This document shows, in pieces, positions 53,817-62,299 of a stretch of DNA of 64,000 nucleotides. Every line of letters starts with the position of its first letter. The first letter of the stretch is position 1. Below the pieces are notes generated by a model. The model saw nothing but the letters and a program-made list of their open reading frames with translations. It ran no database searches and was not told the origin of the DNA. A program made the translations under genes and the position numbers. Origin of the DNA: an uncultured Actinomycetes bacterium (lineage in GTDB: Bacteria; Actinomycetota; UBA4738; JBBDHU01); contig CAZXFL010000001.1 of the NCBI GenBank assembly GCA_964640385.1, positions 81,609-145,608 on the forward strand, written 5' to 3'.

Positions 53817-55177
53817 GAACGCATCGCCTCCGCCAGCCGCTCGAGCCCGACGGCACGGGAACCCTTGAACAGGACGACGTCTCCCGGCCGGACCCAGTTC
53901 CGCACGTCCGCAAGCGCCTCGTCGGCGTCCTCATAGCTGGCAACGTCATCGGGCGGCGTTCCTTCGCGCAGCGCGGCGACCGCCATCTGGCGGGCCTCTT
54001 CGCCCACGGTGATCAGCCGGTCCACGTGCAGGCGGGCCGCCATGTCGCCGATCCGCTCGTGCTCCTCTCGCGAAACCGGACCCAGCTCACGCATCGTCCC
54101 GAGCACGGAACACAGCCTCGAGCCTCGAGCCAGATGGCGCGCGGCCTTCAGGGCCGAGGCCATCGACGTCGGATTCGCGTTGTAGGCATCGTTGATGACC
54201 CGCACGCCCTCGGGTGAGTCGAAGACCTCCATCCGCCAAGCCGAGCCTTTCGCTTCGGCCAGCGCCTCGGCGACCTCGGTCGCCGGGACCGCCAGCGTCA
54301 GTCCGACAGCTGCGGCGGCCAGCGCGTTGGACACCATGTGCTCGCCGGGGATCGTCAGACGCACCGGCACGCGTTCGTCGCCGGCGATCAGGTCGAACCG
54401 GGCGGTCCCATCGTCCTCCAGCCTCACCCCCGCGGCGCGAACGTCGGCATCGGCCTGCTCCCCGAAACGCACGACGCGCGCATCGGTCAACGTCTCGTAG
54501 GAGCTCACGACCGCGTCGTCCGCGTTCAAGATGGCCGTCCCGCCGGCATCCAGTGCGGCGATCAACTCGCCCTTGGCCTTCGCGATGTTCTCTGCAGAGC
54601 CGAACCGCTCCATGTGAGCGACACCCACGTTCGTGACGATCCCGACGTCGGGCGCAGCGACGCGGCAGAGCGCCTCGATGTGGCCGATCCCCCGGGCGCC
54701 CATCTCCGCGACGATGACGTCCGTTGCCTCCGTCGCCGCCAGCAGGGTCAGCGGAAGTCCGATCTCGTTGTTGAACGAACCCGGACTCGCGACGACCTCC
54801 AGACGCACCGACAGGACGGCCGACACCAGATCCTTCGTCGTCGTCTTCCCCGTCGAACCTGTCACCCCGATCACCGTCGCCGACATCGCGCGCCGTTCGT
54901 CCGCGGCGAGGCGTTGGAGCGCATCCTGTACGTCATCGACGACGATACTCGGGCCGGATGCCTCGTTGGTGCGGGTGACGACCGCCCCGGCAGCACCGCG
55001 TCCCAGCGCATCCGCGACGAAAGCGTGACCGTCGTCGTGTTCGCCCGCGAGGGCGAAGAAGAGGGCACCCTGCACCGCCTCGCGGCTGTCGATCGTCACC
55101 GACCGCACCTCGGCCTCATCGCCCGTCAGCAGTCCACCGATGGCGTTCGCGATGTCCGAGAGCGTCCGGCGTCTCAT
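53813..55177 (-). CDS. murF: UDP-MurNAc-tripeptide--D-Ala-D-Ala ligase
   Basis: IDSR, DGH, VTGSTGKTTTK, NNEIGLP, EMG, NDAYNANP, KGSR. Confidence 0.98.
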   Translation of the reverse strand: MRRRTLSDIANAIGGLLTGDEAEVRSVTIDSREAVQGALFFALAGEHDDGHAFVADALGRGAAGAVVTRTNEASGPSIVVDDVQDALQRLAADERRAMSATVIGVTGSTGKTTTKDLVSAVLSVRLEVVASPGSFNNEIGLPLTLLAATEATDVIVAEMGARGIGHIEALCRVAAPDVGIVTNVGVAHMERFGSAENIAKAKGELIAALDAGGTAILNADDAVVSSYETLTDARVVRFGEQADADVRAAGVRLEDDGTARFDLIAGDERVPVRLTIPGEHMVSNALAAAAVGLTLAVPATEVAEALAEAKGSAWRMEVFDSPEGVRVINDAYNANPTSMASALKAARHLARGSRLCSVLGTMRELGPVSREEHERIGDMAARLHVDRLITVGEEARQMAVAALREGTPPDDVASYEDADEALADVRNWVRPGDVVLFKGSRAVGLERLAEAMRS

Positions 55178-56631
55178 CCGTCTCCGTTCCGCAACGCCAG
55201 CAGCTCCTCGGCCGCGACGATCCGGTCGTCGAAGGGGATCGTGCGGTCGGCGAACTGTTGGCCGGTCTCGTGGCCCTTCCCGGCGATCACAACCACGTCG
55301 CCGGGGCCGGCAGCCCGCACGGCACCGCGGATCGCCAGCCGTCGGTCGGGTTCGATCTCGAAGGGACCTCCGCCCTCACGCGCACCGGGTTCGATGTCCG
55401 AGATGATCGCCGCTGGGTCCTCGGAACGAGGATTGTCGCTGGTCACGAAGGCCAGGTCGGCCAGGCTCGTCGCCGCACGGCCCATCAGCGGGCGCTTCGT
55501 GCGGTCACGATCGCCCCCGCAGCCGAGTACCACGATCACCTTGCCGTCCGTCAGCGGGCGGGCGGCGCGAAGGACGTTCTCCACGCTGTCGGGGGTGTGC
55601 GCGTAGTCGACCAGGACCGTGAATAGCTGTCCCTGCTCGACGGGTTCGAGCCGGCCCGGCACCCCGCGCAGCGCACCGATGCCTTCGACGATCGCGGCGT
55701 CCTCGATCCCCAGGCTCCGCGCCGCGGCGAACGCGGCCACACAATTCTCGACGTTGTAATGACCACGGAGCGGCGACATCACGACAACGCCATCGATCTC
55801 GAAGGAGACGCCCTCGGCCGTCGAGGACACCGCCGTCGCGCGGATGTCGGCGCCCGCGCCGGTCCCGTAGCTCAGCATCGGGATCTCGGCTTCCATGAGC
55901 CGCATCCCGTACTCGGAATCCATGTTGGTCACGCCGCGATCGGACAGCGCCGGCGTGAACAGCCTCGCCTTGGCGCCGAAATACTCCTCCATCGTCTCGT
56001 GGTAGTCCAGGTGATCCTGCGACAGGTTGGTGAACACCGCGCATGCGAACCGGATCCCGCCGACACGGTGCTGATCCAGCCCGTGAGACGACACCTCCAT
56101 CGCGACGGCGTGGACGCGCGCGTCCCTCATCCGGCGGAGCAGCCGGTGCAGGTCGGGCGCCTCGGGTGTCGTGCGCGGCGACGGGAACGGCTCGCCGCCG
56201 ATGCGGACGCCGGTCGTGCCGATCACCCCCGGCCCCATTCCGGCAGCCCGGAAGATGGACTCGAGCAGGTACGTGGTCGTCGTCTTCCCGTTCGTGCCGG
56301 TGATGCCGGCGACCGACAGCTCGTGCGACGGGTGCCCGAAGAACACCGCCGAGACCGGCCCCATCGCCTCGCGGACCGACGGAACGCGCGCCTGTGGGAC
56401 GTCAACATCGACGAACCGCTCCACCAGCATGGCCACGGCCCCCGCGCTGTAGGCAGACGGCGCGAAGGTGTGACCGTCCACCACCTGACCCGGGGCGCAG
56501 AAGAAGAGGGTTCCTCGGCGGCACTCGTGCGAGTCGTAGGCGACGTCGGTGATGGGGACGGAGGGGTCGCCCCGCATCTCGACGGATGGGAGCGATGCAA
56601 CCAGGTCGTTGAGCGTCTTGATGTCGGCCAC
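55174..56631 (-). CDS. murE: UDP-MurNAc-dipeptide--meso-DAP ligase
   Basis: GTNGKTT, TTP, MEVSSH, DHLDYH, DYAHTPD, DNPR (DAP-type), AGKGHE; start taken as GTG 56631. Confidence 0.96.
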   Translation of the reverse strand: MADIKTLNDLVASLPSVEMRGDPSVPITDVAYDSHECRRGTLFFCAPGQVVDGHTFAPSAYSAGAVAMLVERFVDVDVPQARVPSVREAMGPVSAVFFGHPSHELSVAGITGTNGKTTTTYLLESIFRAAGMGPGVIGTTGVRIGGEPFPSPRTTPEAPDLHRLLRRMRDARVHAVAMEVSSHGLDQHRVGGIRFACAVFTNLSQDHLDYHETMEEYFGAKARLFTPALSDRGVTNMDSEYGMRLMEAEIPMLSYGTGAGADIRATAVSSTAEGVSFEIDGVVVMSPLRGHYNVENCVAAFAAARSLGIEDAAIVEGIGALRGVPGRLEPVEQGQLFTVLVDYAHTPDSVENVLRAARPLTDGKVIVVLGCGGDRDRTKRPLMGRAATSLADLAFVTSDNPRSEDPAAIISDIEPGAREGGGPFEIEPDRRLAIRGAVRAAGPGDVVVIAGKGHETGQQFADRTIPFDDRIVAAEELLALRNGDG

Positions 56632-56723
56632 GGCAGGGATGTGCCGCCTCCTCCATCGTCCGGGAGGGGCTAGCGACCCGTATCGTACCGCGTCCCCGGG
56701 TGTCCGCCGAGCACGCTGCGCGT

Positions 56724-58454
56724 TCATCGCTGGGCGGTCGGGGGCAGGTCGGGACGGCCGCCCGCGGGTATCCGCAACCGGGCGATCGCCTCCTTCCCGA
56801 ACTGCTGGAACAGCGGCGCGGCGGCGAGCCCCCCGTACTGCTGCGCCGGTTCGTCCAGGATGACCGCGATGACGATCTGGGGGTCGTCCGCAGGGAGGAA
56901 TCCGATGAACGACGCCATGTACCGATGCGAGTAGCCGCCCCCGTCCTCGCGCGGCTTCTGCGCGGTGCCGGTCTTGCCCGCCACCCAATACCCTTCGATC
57001 GCGGCCTCGGTCCCCGTCCCCCGGCTCGAGGAGACGACGTTCGCCAGCATCCCGGTGACGATATCCGCCGTCTCCTTCGAGATCACCCGACGCGTCGGCG
57101 AGCCCGGCATCGGGTGCACGGTCCCGTCGGCATCCCGGGTCGCGCGGACGAGCCGCGGCTGGACCCACACGCCGTCGTTCGCGACCGTCGCGTACACCGA
57201 CGCCATCTGCAGCGGCGTCACGGACACGCCTTGCCCGATCGGGATGTTCAGCATGGTCGCGCCGGACCACTGGTACGGCTCGGGAAGGATCCCGCCCGAC
57301 TCGTACGGGAAGTCGATGCCGGTATCGCGGCCGAACCCGAACTTCGAGAGATACGTCGCCATCTCGTCCTCGCCGAGCTCGCCACCGATCATGATCGTCC
57401 CGACATTGCTCGACTCGGTGATGATGTCCCCCAGCGTCATCGTCTCGGGCGCGTGCGGATGTGAATCGTGCACGGTGATGGGGTTCCCGTCGCCGAAGTC
57501 CTTCGAGATGCTGTCGTAGACGCGGAACTTCTCGGTCAGCCCGACCGCGTGTTCCTCGACCGCTGCCGCCGCCGTGATGACCTTGTTCACCGATCCCGGC
57601 TCGAACAGGGCCTGGACCGCGGGGTTGCTCAGCTCGACCTCCTTGGCCCGATCCAGTTCGTTCGGGTCGAACCACGGGTCCGAGGCCATCGCCAAGATAT
57701 CGCCCGTCTCCGGGTCCATCGCGATCAGGGTGCCGCCATCCGCCCGTTCCCGCTTCACGGTCTCGGCCAGGGCGAGCTGCGCCCGGTACTGCAGGGGAGC
57801 GTCGATCGTCGAGATGATGTCCTGCCCCGGCATCGGGGGGGTCACCACCTGGATGCCTTGCGGGATCTGGTGGCCGGCGGGGTCGATCTCCTCCTGCCGC
57901 TCCCCCGGCGTGCCGGCGAGGATGCCTTCGTATTGCAGTTCCAGCCCGGCCAGTCCCTGTCCGTCGATCCCCACGAACCCGATCACCTGCGGGGCGCCCA
58001 TGTCGCCCGCGGGATAGTGACGCTTGCTCTCCTCGAGGAACCCGATCCCCGGGATGTTCATCGCGGCGATCTGCTCGGCGACCTCGCGATCCACCTGCCG
58101 GGCCACGTAGACGAACGAGGCCTCTCCCTTGAGGGTCTGCGCCAGCTCCATCGGCTTGATGCCCAGCGGTCCGGACATCCGGACCGCCGCAGCCATCGGA
58201 TCCGGGATGAACCGCTGGTCCGCGTAGATGGCCTTCGCGTCCAGAGAAAGAGCCAGATCGCGCTCGTTCCGGTCGAGGATCGCGCCGCGGACCGCGGGGA
58301 GGGGAACCGTGCGGACCCGCTGCTGCATCGCCTTGCTCTCGTACCTGCCCCGGTCGACGACCTGGAGGTACCCCAGCCGGACGGTGACCGCTACGAGCCC
58401 GATCGCGAAGACGATCAGGAGTGCGCCGAGACGACCGAGCGACGGCTCCCTCAT
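56724..58454 (-). CDS. ftsI: class B penicillin-binding protein (FtsI-like)
   Basis: RG.I.DR, R.YP.G, G..GLE, EPGSVNK (SxxK), SSN, KTGTA. Confidence 0.95.
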   Translation of the reverse strand: MREPSLGRLGALLIVFAIGLVAVTVRLGYLQVVDRGRYESKAMQQRVRTVPLPAVRGAILDRNERDLALSLDAKAIYADQRFIPDPMAAAVRMSGPLGIKPMELAQTLKGEASFVYVARQVDREVAEQIAAMNIPGIGFLEESKRHYPAGDMGAPQVIGFVGIDGQGLAGLELQYEGILAGTPGERQEEIDPAGHQIPQGIQVVTPPMPGQDIISTIDAPLQYRAQLALAETVKRERADGGTLIAMDPETGDILAMASDPWFDPNELDRAKEVELSNPAVQALFEPGSVNKVITAAAAVEEHAVGLTEKFRVYDSISKDFGDGNPITVHDSHPHAPETMTLGDIITESSNVGTIMIGGELGEDEMATYLSKFGFGRDTGIDFPYESGGILPEPYQWSGATMLNIPIGQGVSVTPLQMASVYATVANDGVWVQPRLVRATRDADGTVHPMPGSPTRRVISKETADIVTGMLANVVSSSRGTGTEAAIEGYWVAGKTGTAQKPREDGGGYSHRYMASFIGFLPADDPQIVIAVILDEPAQQYGGLAAAPLFQQFGKEAIARLRIPAGGRPDLPPTAQR

Positions 58455-58879
58455 CCGGCCCCTGCCGTGAGGGCATCACGGGAGGGGCCGCTGCCGGATG
58501 CGCCTGATGCGGCGTCCCGGACGTTGATGATCTCGATGCTCGGTGGGTACACGAGTTTGCTGCGCTTCGCCCACTTGTCGATCCGCTCCTCGGACATCAA
58601 GACGGCGATGTGCGCGCGTAGCTCGCGGTTGGATCGGGTCAACGTGCTCTGTTGTTCGGCGAGGTCGCGCATCTGGAACGCCACCTGCGCCGTCAGCGCG
58701 TACGTCACGGCGATCCCGACGACCATCGTCCCGACCAGCACCGCCGTGAGGACCCAGAACCCCACCGACCGTCGGCGCGACCCGCGTGGGACCACCCGCA
58801 AGGGCGGGCGAGAGGGGGTGGTCCGGGCCGGCGGCCGAACGGCCTGCCGGGCCCGGACCTGTCGCGCGGGGGCACTCAT
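58451..58879 (-). CDS. ftsL: FtsL-like cell division protein
   Basis: basic N-terminus, one TM, coiled coil; coupled between rsmH and ftsI. Confidence 0.75.
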   Translation of the reverse strand: MSAPARQVRARQAVRPPARTTPSRPPLRVVPRGSRRRSVGFWVLTAVLVGTMVVGIAVTYALTAQVAFQMRDLAEQQSTLTRSNRELRAHIAVLMSEERIDKWAKRSKLVYPPSIEIINVRDAASGASGSGPSRDALTAGAG

Positions 58880-59757
58880 GATCCGTTCATCTCATCAACC
58901 CGCTGCGCCGCTCGCAGCTTCGCGCTGCGCGCTCGGGGGTTCTCCGACACCTCGTTCTCGCCCGGCCGAAGCGGCTTCTTGGTCAGGATCTTCAGGCGCT
59001 GCTGTTCGCGCTCGCCCACCAGGTACCGCTTCACGATCCGGTCCTCCACCGAGTGGTAGGCGATCACTACGATGCGGCCACCGGGAGCGAGGAGTCCGAC
59101 CGCCTGAGGAAGGGAGGCGGCGAGCTCCTCGGTCTCCCGGTTGACCGCGATGCGGAGCGCCTGGAACGTCCGACGCGCGGGGTGGGGGCCCCCCGGGCGT
59201 CTCCCGACCGCACTCGCCACCACCGACGTCAACTGGTCGGTGGTCTCGATCGGCGCGCGACCACGCGCGCGCACGATGGCCCGTGCGACGATCCTTGCTC
59301 GGCGCTCCTCTCCGAAGTCCCGGATGATGGCTGCCAGCTCTTCCTCCGAGGCTTCGTTGACCAACTCCATCGCCGTCCGGCCCTCCTGGCCCATCCGCAT
59401 GTCCAATGGGCCGAAGGAGCGGAAGCTGAATCCACGTTCGGGTTCGTCCAGTTGCATGGACGAGACGCCCAGGTCGTAGAGCACTCCGTCCACAGGCGCG
59501 ACGTCCGGGGGCTGGGAGAACCGGGCAACGGTGAGAGCAGATCTGGATCCAAAACGTGCGAGGCGTTCCGACGCGAGGTCGATGGCGCGCGGGTCCCGGT
59601 CGACGCCGATGAGCTCCTCGGTGCCGGCATCGAGCAGCGCCTGTGCGTGGCCACCCGCACCGACCGTCATGTCCAGGACGCGACGCCGTCCGCCCAGGAA
59701 GTCCAGGACCTCCCGCGCCATGACCGGCACGTGCGATGGCTGCGATCCCGTGTCCAC
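58876..59757 (-). CDS. rsmH: 16S rRNA m4C1402 methyltransferase
   Basis: HVPV, GAGGH, DLGVSSMQLD, RGFSF, LDMRM, FQALRIAVN, NPRARSAKLR. Confidence 0.98.
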   Translation of the reverse strand: MDTGSQPSHVPVMAREVLDFLGGRRRVLDMTVGAGGHAQALLDAGTEELIGVDRDPRAIDLASERLARFGSRSALTVARFSQPPDVAPVDGVLYDLGVSSMQLDEPERGFSFRSFGPLDMRMGQEGRTAMELVNEASEEELAAIIRDFGEERRARIVARAIVRARGRAPIETTDQLTSVVASAVGRRPGGPHPARRTFQALRIAVNRETEELAASLPQAVGLLAPGGRIVVIAYHSVEDRIVKRYLVGEREQQRLKILTKKPLRPGENEVSENPRARSAKLRAAQRVDEMNGS

Positions 59758-59771
59758 CCGTCACGTCCTAC

Positions 59772-59888
59772 TCACCCCAGCAGGTGGGCCATCAACAGAC
59801 CGAGGCCCACGTACAGGGAAACGGTGATCGCGGACCACGCGAGCAACGTGAAGCTCTCGCGCGTCTCTTTCGTCAGTTGCTCTTTCAC
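59772..59888 (-). CDS. unannotated 38-aa single-TM small protein (MKEQLTKETRESFTLLAWSAITVSLYVGLGLLMAHLLG)
   Basis: GTG directly after mraZ TAG, GGGGA upstream, 33/38 codons end in G/C, fills the mraZ-rsmH gap. Confidence 0.7.
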   Translation of the reverse strand: MKEQLTKETRESFTLLAWSAITVSLYVGLGLLMAHLLG

Positions 59889-60311
59889 CTAGTCCCCCAA
59901 CGTTCCGGACTGGTACGCGCTGTTGTGAACGTTCCAATAGCGCTCCCAGGCATCGGCGTCCCAGATCTCCATACGGTCCTCGACGCCGACGACGACCGCC
60001 TCTTTGCCGATGCTCGCCAGTTTCCGGAGCCGCTGCGGGATGAGCAGCCGGCCCTGCGAATCGAGTGATGCCGATTCGGCCGAACCGAAGAACATGCGCG
60101 CGAGCGCCCGTCCCTGCTGATCCGAGAGCGGCCGGTCGCGAAGCTCCGCGATCCGGCGGTCCCACTCGTCCGCGGGGAAGACGAACACGCACCCGTCCTG
60201 GCCAAGGGTGAGGGTGGCCCCGTCGGACAGGATCTCCCTGAAGCCCTTCGGCAGGGACACCCGACCCTTCGGATCCAATTGATAGCGATGCGTACCTAGA
60301 AGCCCGGCCAC
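59889..60311 (-). CDS. mraZ: dcw transcriptional repressor MraZ
   Basis: LDPKGR and LDSQGR repeats, EIW; GTG 60311 after AGGGGAGG SD. Confidence 0.97.
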   Translation of the reverse strand: MAGLLGTHRYQLDPKGRVSLPKGFREILSDGATLTLGQDGCVFVFPADEWDRRIAELRDRPLSDQQGRALARMFFGSAESASLDSQGRLLIPQRLRKLASIGKEAVVVGVEDRMEIWDADAWERYWNVHNSAYQSGTLGD

Positions 60312-60333
60312 AGCGCGACTTCCTCCCCTTCTC

Positions 60334-60379
60334 CTCCACTGGCGCTCCACTTTATCCCACTATTACTCCACCTTGTCAA
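60334..60379 (-). promoter_or_regulatory. mraZ/dcw promoter with four MraZ-binding repeats
   Basis: GTGGAG/GTGGGA/GTGGAG/GTGGAG at 10-11 bp period, overlapping TTGACA (60379-60374) and TAAAGT (19-nt spacer). Confidence 0.85.
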
Positions 60380-60470
60380 GCGTAAAGAGTCCAGGCAGAG
60401 ATCCGTGCCTGGAAGCGGTTTGGGGCGGAGGGGTCTGTTGGTGGAGCCTCCCGGAGGGAGGTTCGGTCAG

Positions 60471-60953
60471 CTAGGCGAGGTAGTTCTCCCAGCCGGGCTC
60501 GAGTTTGCCCAACGACAGACGGAACCCGTCGGACGGGAAGAACGGCTGGCGGGCCAGGGACAGACCGGACTCGTGGGGGAGGCGATTCTCCTTCTTCGAG
60601 TTGCAGCGCCGGCACGCGGCCACGACATTGTCCCAGGTATGGGTGCCTCCCTTGGACTTCGGGTTGACGTGGTCGACGTTCTCGGCAGGTTTGCCGCAGT
60701 ACTGGCAAGCCCAGCCGTCCCGGGCGAAGACGGCTCTTCGCGTGAGGGCAGCGTGGGCGCGGTACGGGACCCTCACGAAATACCGCAGGCGCACGACGGA
60801 CGGCGCCTCGATCTCGAGACGCTCCGACCGGAAGATCATCCCGTTCGAGGCGACGACGTCAGCCTTCTCCTTGAGGACGAGCACCACCGCCCGCCTCGCG
60901 GGCACCACCGCGAGCGGCTGATCGGAACCGTTGAGCACGAGGGCTCTTCCCAT
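60471..60953 (-). CDS. HNH endonuclease (McrA-like, LVLN...PSVVRL family)
   Basis: CQYCG, VDHVNP..KGG, W.N, CRRCN; own -10 TATACT at 60993-60988. Confidence 0.92.
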   Translation of the reverse strand: MGRALVLNGSDQPLAVVPARRAVVLVLKEKADVVASNGMIFRSERLEIEAPSVVRLRYFVRVPYRAHAALTRRAVFARDGWACQYCGKPAENVDHVNPKSKGGTHTWDNVVAACRRCNSKKENRLPHESGLSLARQPFFPSDGFRLSLGKLEPGWENYLA

Positions 60954-61018
60954 CGGTAGTTGACCGCCCTTCCTGGGACTAGGAGCGAGTATAGCCAGCG
61001 ACTATCGATAGAAGGTGC

Positions 61019-61048
61019 TTGACGACTGCGAATCACAATGGTGTTATT
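61019..61048 (+). promoter_or_regulatory. promoter TTGACG-17-TGTTAT overlapped by McdR box AATCACA-ATGG-TGTTATT
   Basis: 61031-61048 fits AATnACA-N4-TGTnATT exactly; McdR-like gene lies about 150 bp away. Confidence 0.75.
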
Positions 61049-61055
61049 CATGCTT

Positions 61056-61158
61056 GAGGGCGGCGGTCATCGTCGGATCCCGGTCAGAGGGCGCCTTGAG
61101 AGCGATAAAGGGGCCGCGCGGGGTGTCCGAAGTGTTGGGATCCGAGACCGCCGCCTTC
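61056..61158 (+). ncRNA. candidate ~105-nt rod-shaped small RNA
   Basis: three nested helices of 13, 11 and 10 bp; seven G-U pairs form only on the + strand; begins just after the promoter. Confidence 0.6.
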
Positions 61159-61202
61159 CCATCTCTGCGTTTCGCGATCAAGGTTTCGGAGGCGGATCGG
61201 TC

Positions 61203-61721
61203 TTAGCCGGCGGATCGTCGCCGCGTACCGCCTGGGGTCGGGGAGTGCTGTTCCACGTCCTTCGCGGCGCTCCTGAGCGTACGGATGAACCGGTCGCGAT
61301 CCTGACGGAACTCGGAGACGCCGGACTCCACACTCTGTGCGATCTCGTCGATGGCCACGAAGAAAGCCATCTGGCCCTCACGCAGGGCGTCTAGGACCTC
61401 CCCGTCGCGCCGGCAGATCTTGAAGATGGACTGGCCGTCTGTGACCAGCCGAACCTCGGCCAGGTGATCGTCGAGCCCGGCCGTCTTGTTCAGGTAGTCC
61501 CAGCTGCGACGGACCTTCTGCAGCGACATACCCCCATCGAGCAGGGATTTCACGACCTTCAGGGCGATCAGATCGCGGAAGGAATAGAGGCGCGGGACCC
61601 CGGGGCGGCCGCCGGTCTGTTGGACCGACGGCTGGACCAAGCCGATGCTGTCCCAATACCTGAGCTGACGTGGGGTACAACCTGTGAACTTCGTAGCTTG
61701 GTGTGCAGTGAAACCTTCCAT
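61203..61721 (-). CDS. MerR-family regulator, Rv1830/McdR-like
   Basis: G.T.RQL.YW..GLV.PS, RLYSFRD...LKVVK.LLD.G.SLQ..R, L..GQ..F signature. Confidence 0.85.
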   Translation of the reverse strand: MEGFTAHQATKFTGCTPRQLRYWDSIGLVQPSVQQTGGRPGVPRLYSFRDLIALKVVKSLLDGGMSLQKVRRSWDYLNKTAGLDDHLAEVRLVTDGQSIFKICRRDGEVLDALREGQMAFFVAIDEIAQSVESGVSEFRQDRDRFIRTLRSAAKDVEQHSPTPGGTRRRSAG

Positions 61722-61901
61722 CCAGCGCGCTCCCGACGTACTCCATGCAACCGATACTTCATGCCGGGATGCCGACCGCGCGGGCGTGCGGCCTCCGGGC
61801 GTCTGGGGAAGGTGCCGCTCTTTGTATCGCGTGACGCGCCGCGACGCAAGGCCGGAATGGCGATGAGTGACAGTAGGGAGTCTATCGCGCGAGCCAGCGA
61901 G

Positions 61902-62270
61902 TTACGACTGCGGGTTCTCGCCCGGCGGGAAACGCCCGGTCAGACGGGCCAACAGCGCCGGCAACGAGAAGCGGCCTTCGCGAACCATCGTCCGGATCTG
62001 ATCCTGGCCGAGTTGTTTCAGCGACCGGTAACACAACAACGCGGCGACCAACATAACGACGAATCCGGCGAGCGCGATCCATATCGACACGAAGAACAGC
62101 AGCAGCAACACGAATCCGGCGAGGAAGGCGAGCGAGGCCCAGCGGATCCGCCGCGCGAGATGCGAATACAGCGAGGTGCTGCTGACGGTCTCGACGAACC
62201 GCGGGTCGTCCTCGGACAGGCGGCGTTCGATGTCTTCGAGGATCCGTTGTTCGTGTTCGGAAAGAGGCAA
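61902..62270 (-). CDS. DUF3040 membrane protein
   Basis: MPLSEHEQR.L..IE..L..DDP.F then two TM; TTG start, GGAGG SD, TATAAT upstream. Confidence 0.92.
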   Translation of the reverse strand: MPLSEHEQRILEDIERRLSEDDPRFVETVSSTSLYSHLARRIRWASLAFLAGFVLLLLFFVSIWIALAGFVVMLVAALLCYRSLKQLGQDQIRTMVREGRFSLPALLARLTGRFPPGENPQS

Positions 62271-62299
62271 CGCTTCCTACCTCCGTATCGGTAGAACCA

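Noticed and set aside
51418-58479. Apparent 843-aa MurD and 1101-aa MurE fusions
   Set aside because: The N-terminal extensions are alternative frames over mraY and ftsI; real starts are 52767 and about 56631
60471-61158. HNH plus adjacent RNA as IscB/OMEGA or HEARO system
   Set aside because: 160-aa protein lacks RuvC, PLMP and bridge-helix regions; the RNA is short and divergent; no transposon ends seen
61056-61158. SRP (4.5S) RNA or 6C RNA identity
   Set aside because: No CAGG-GGAA-AGCA helix-8 motif and no paired C-rich loops
61038-61394. 118-aa plus ORF behind the McdR-box promoter, or a whiB remnant
   Set aside because: Start lies inside the promoter, codon use is poor, it runs antisense into the MerR gene and has no WhiB Cys pattern
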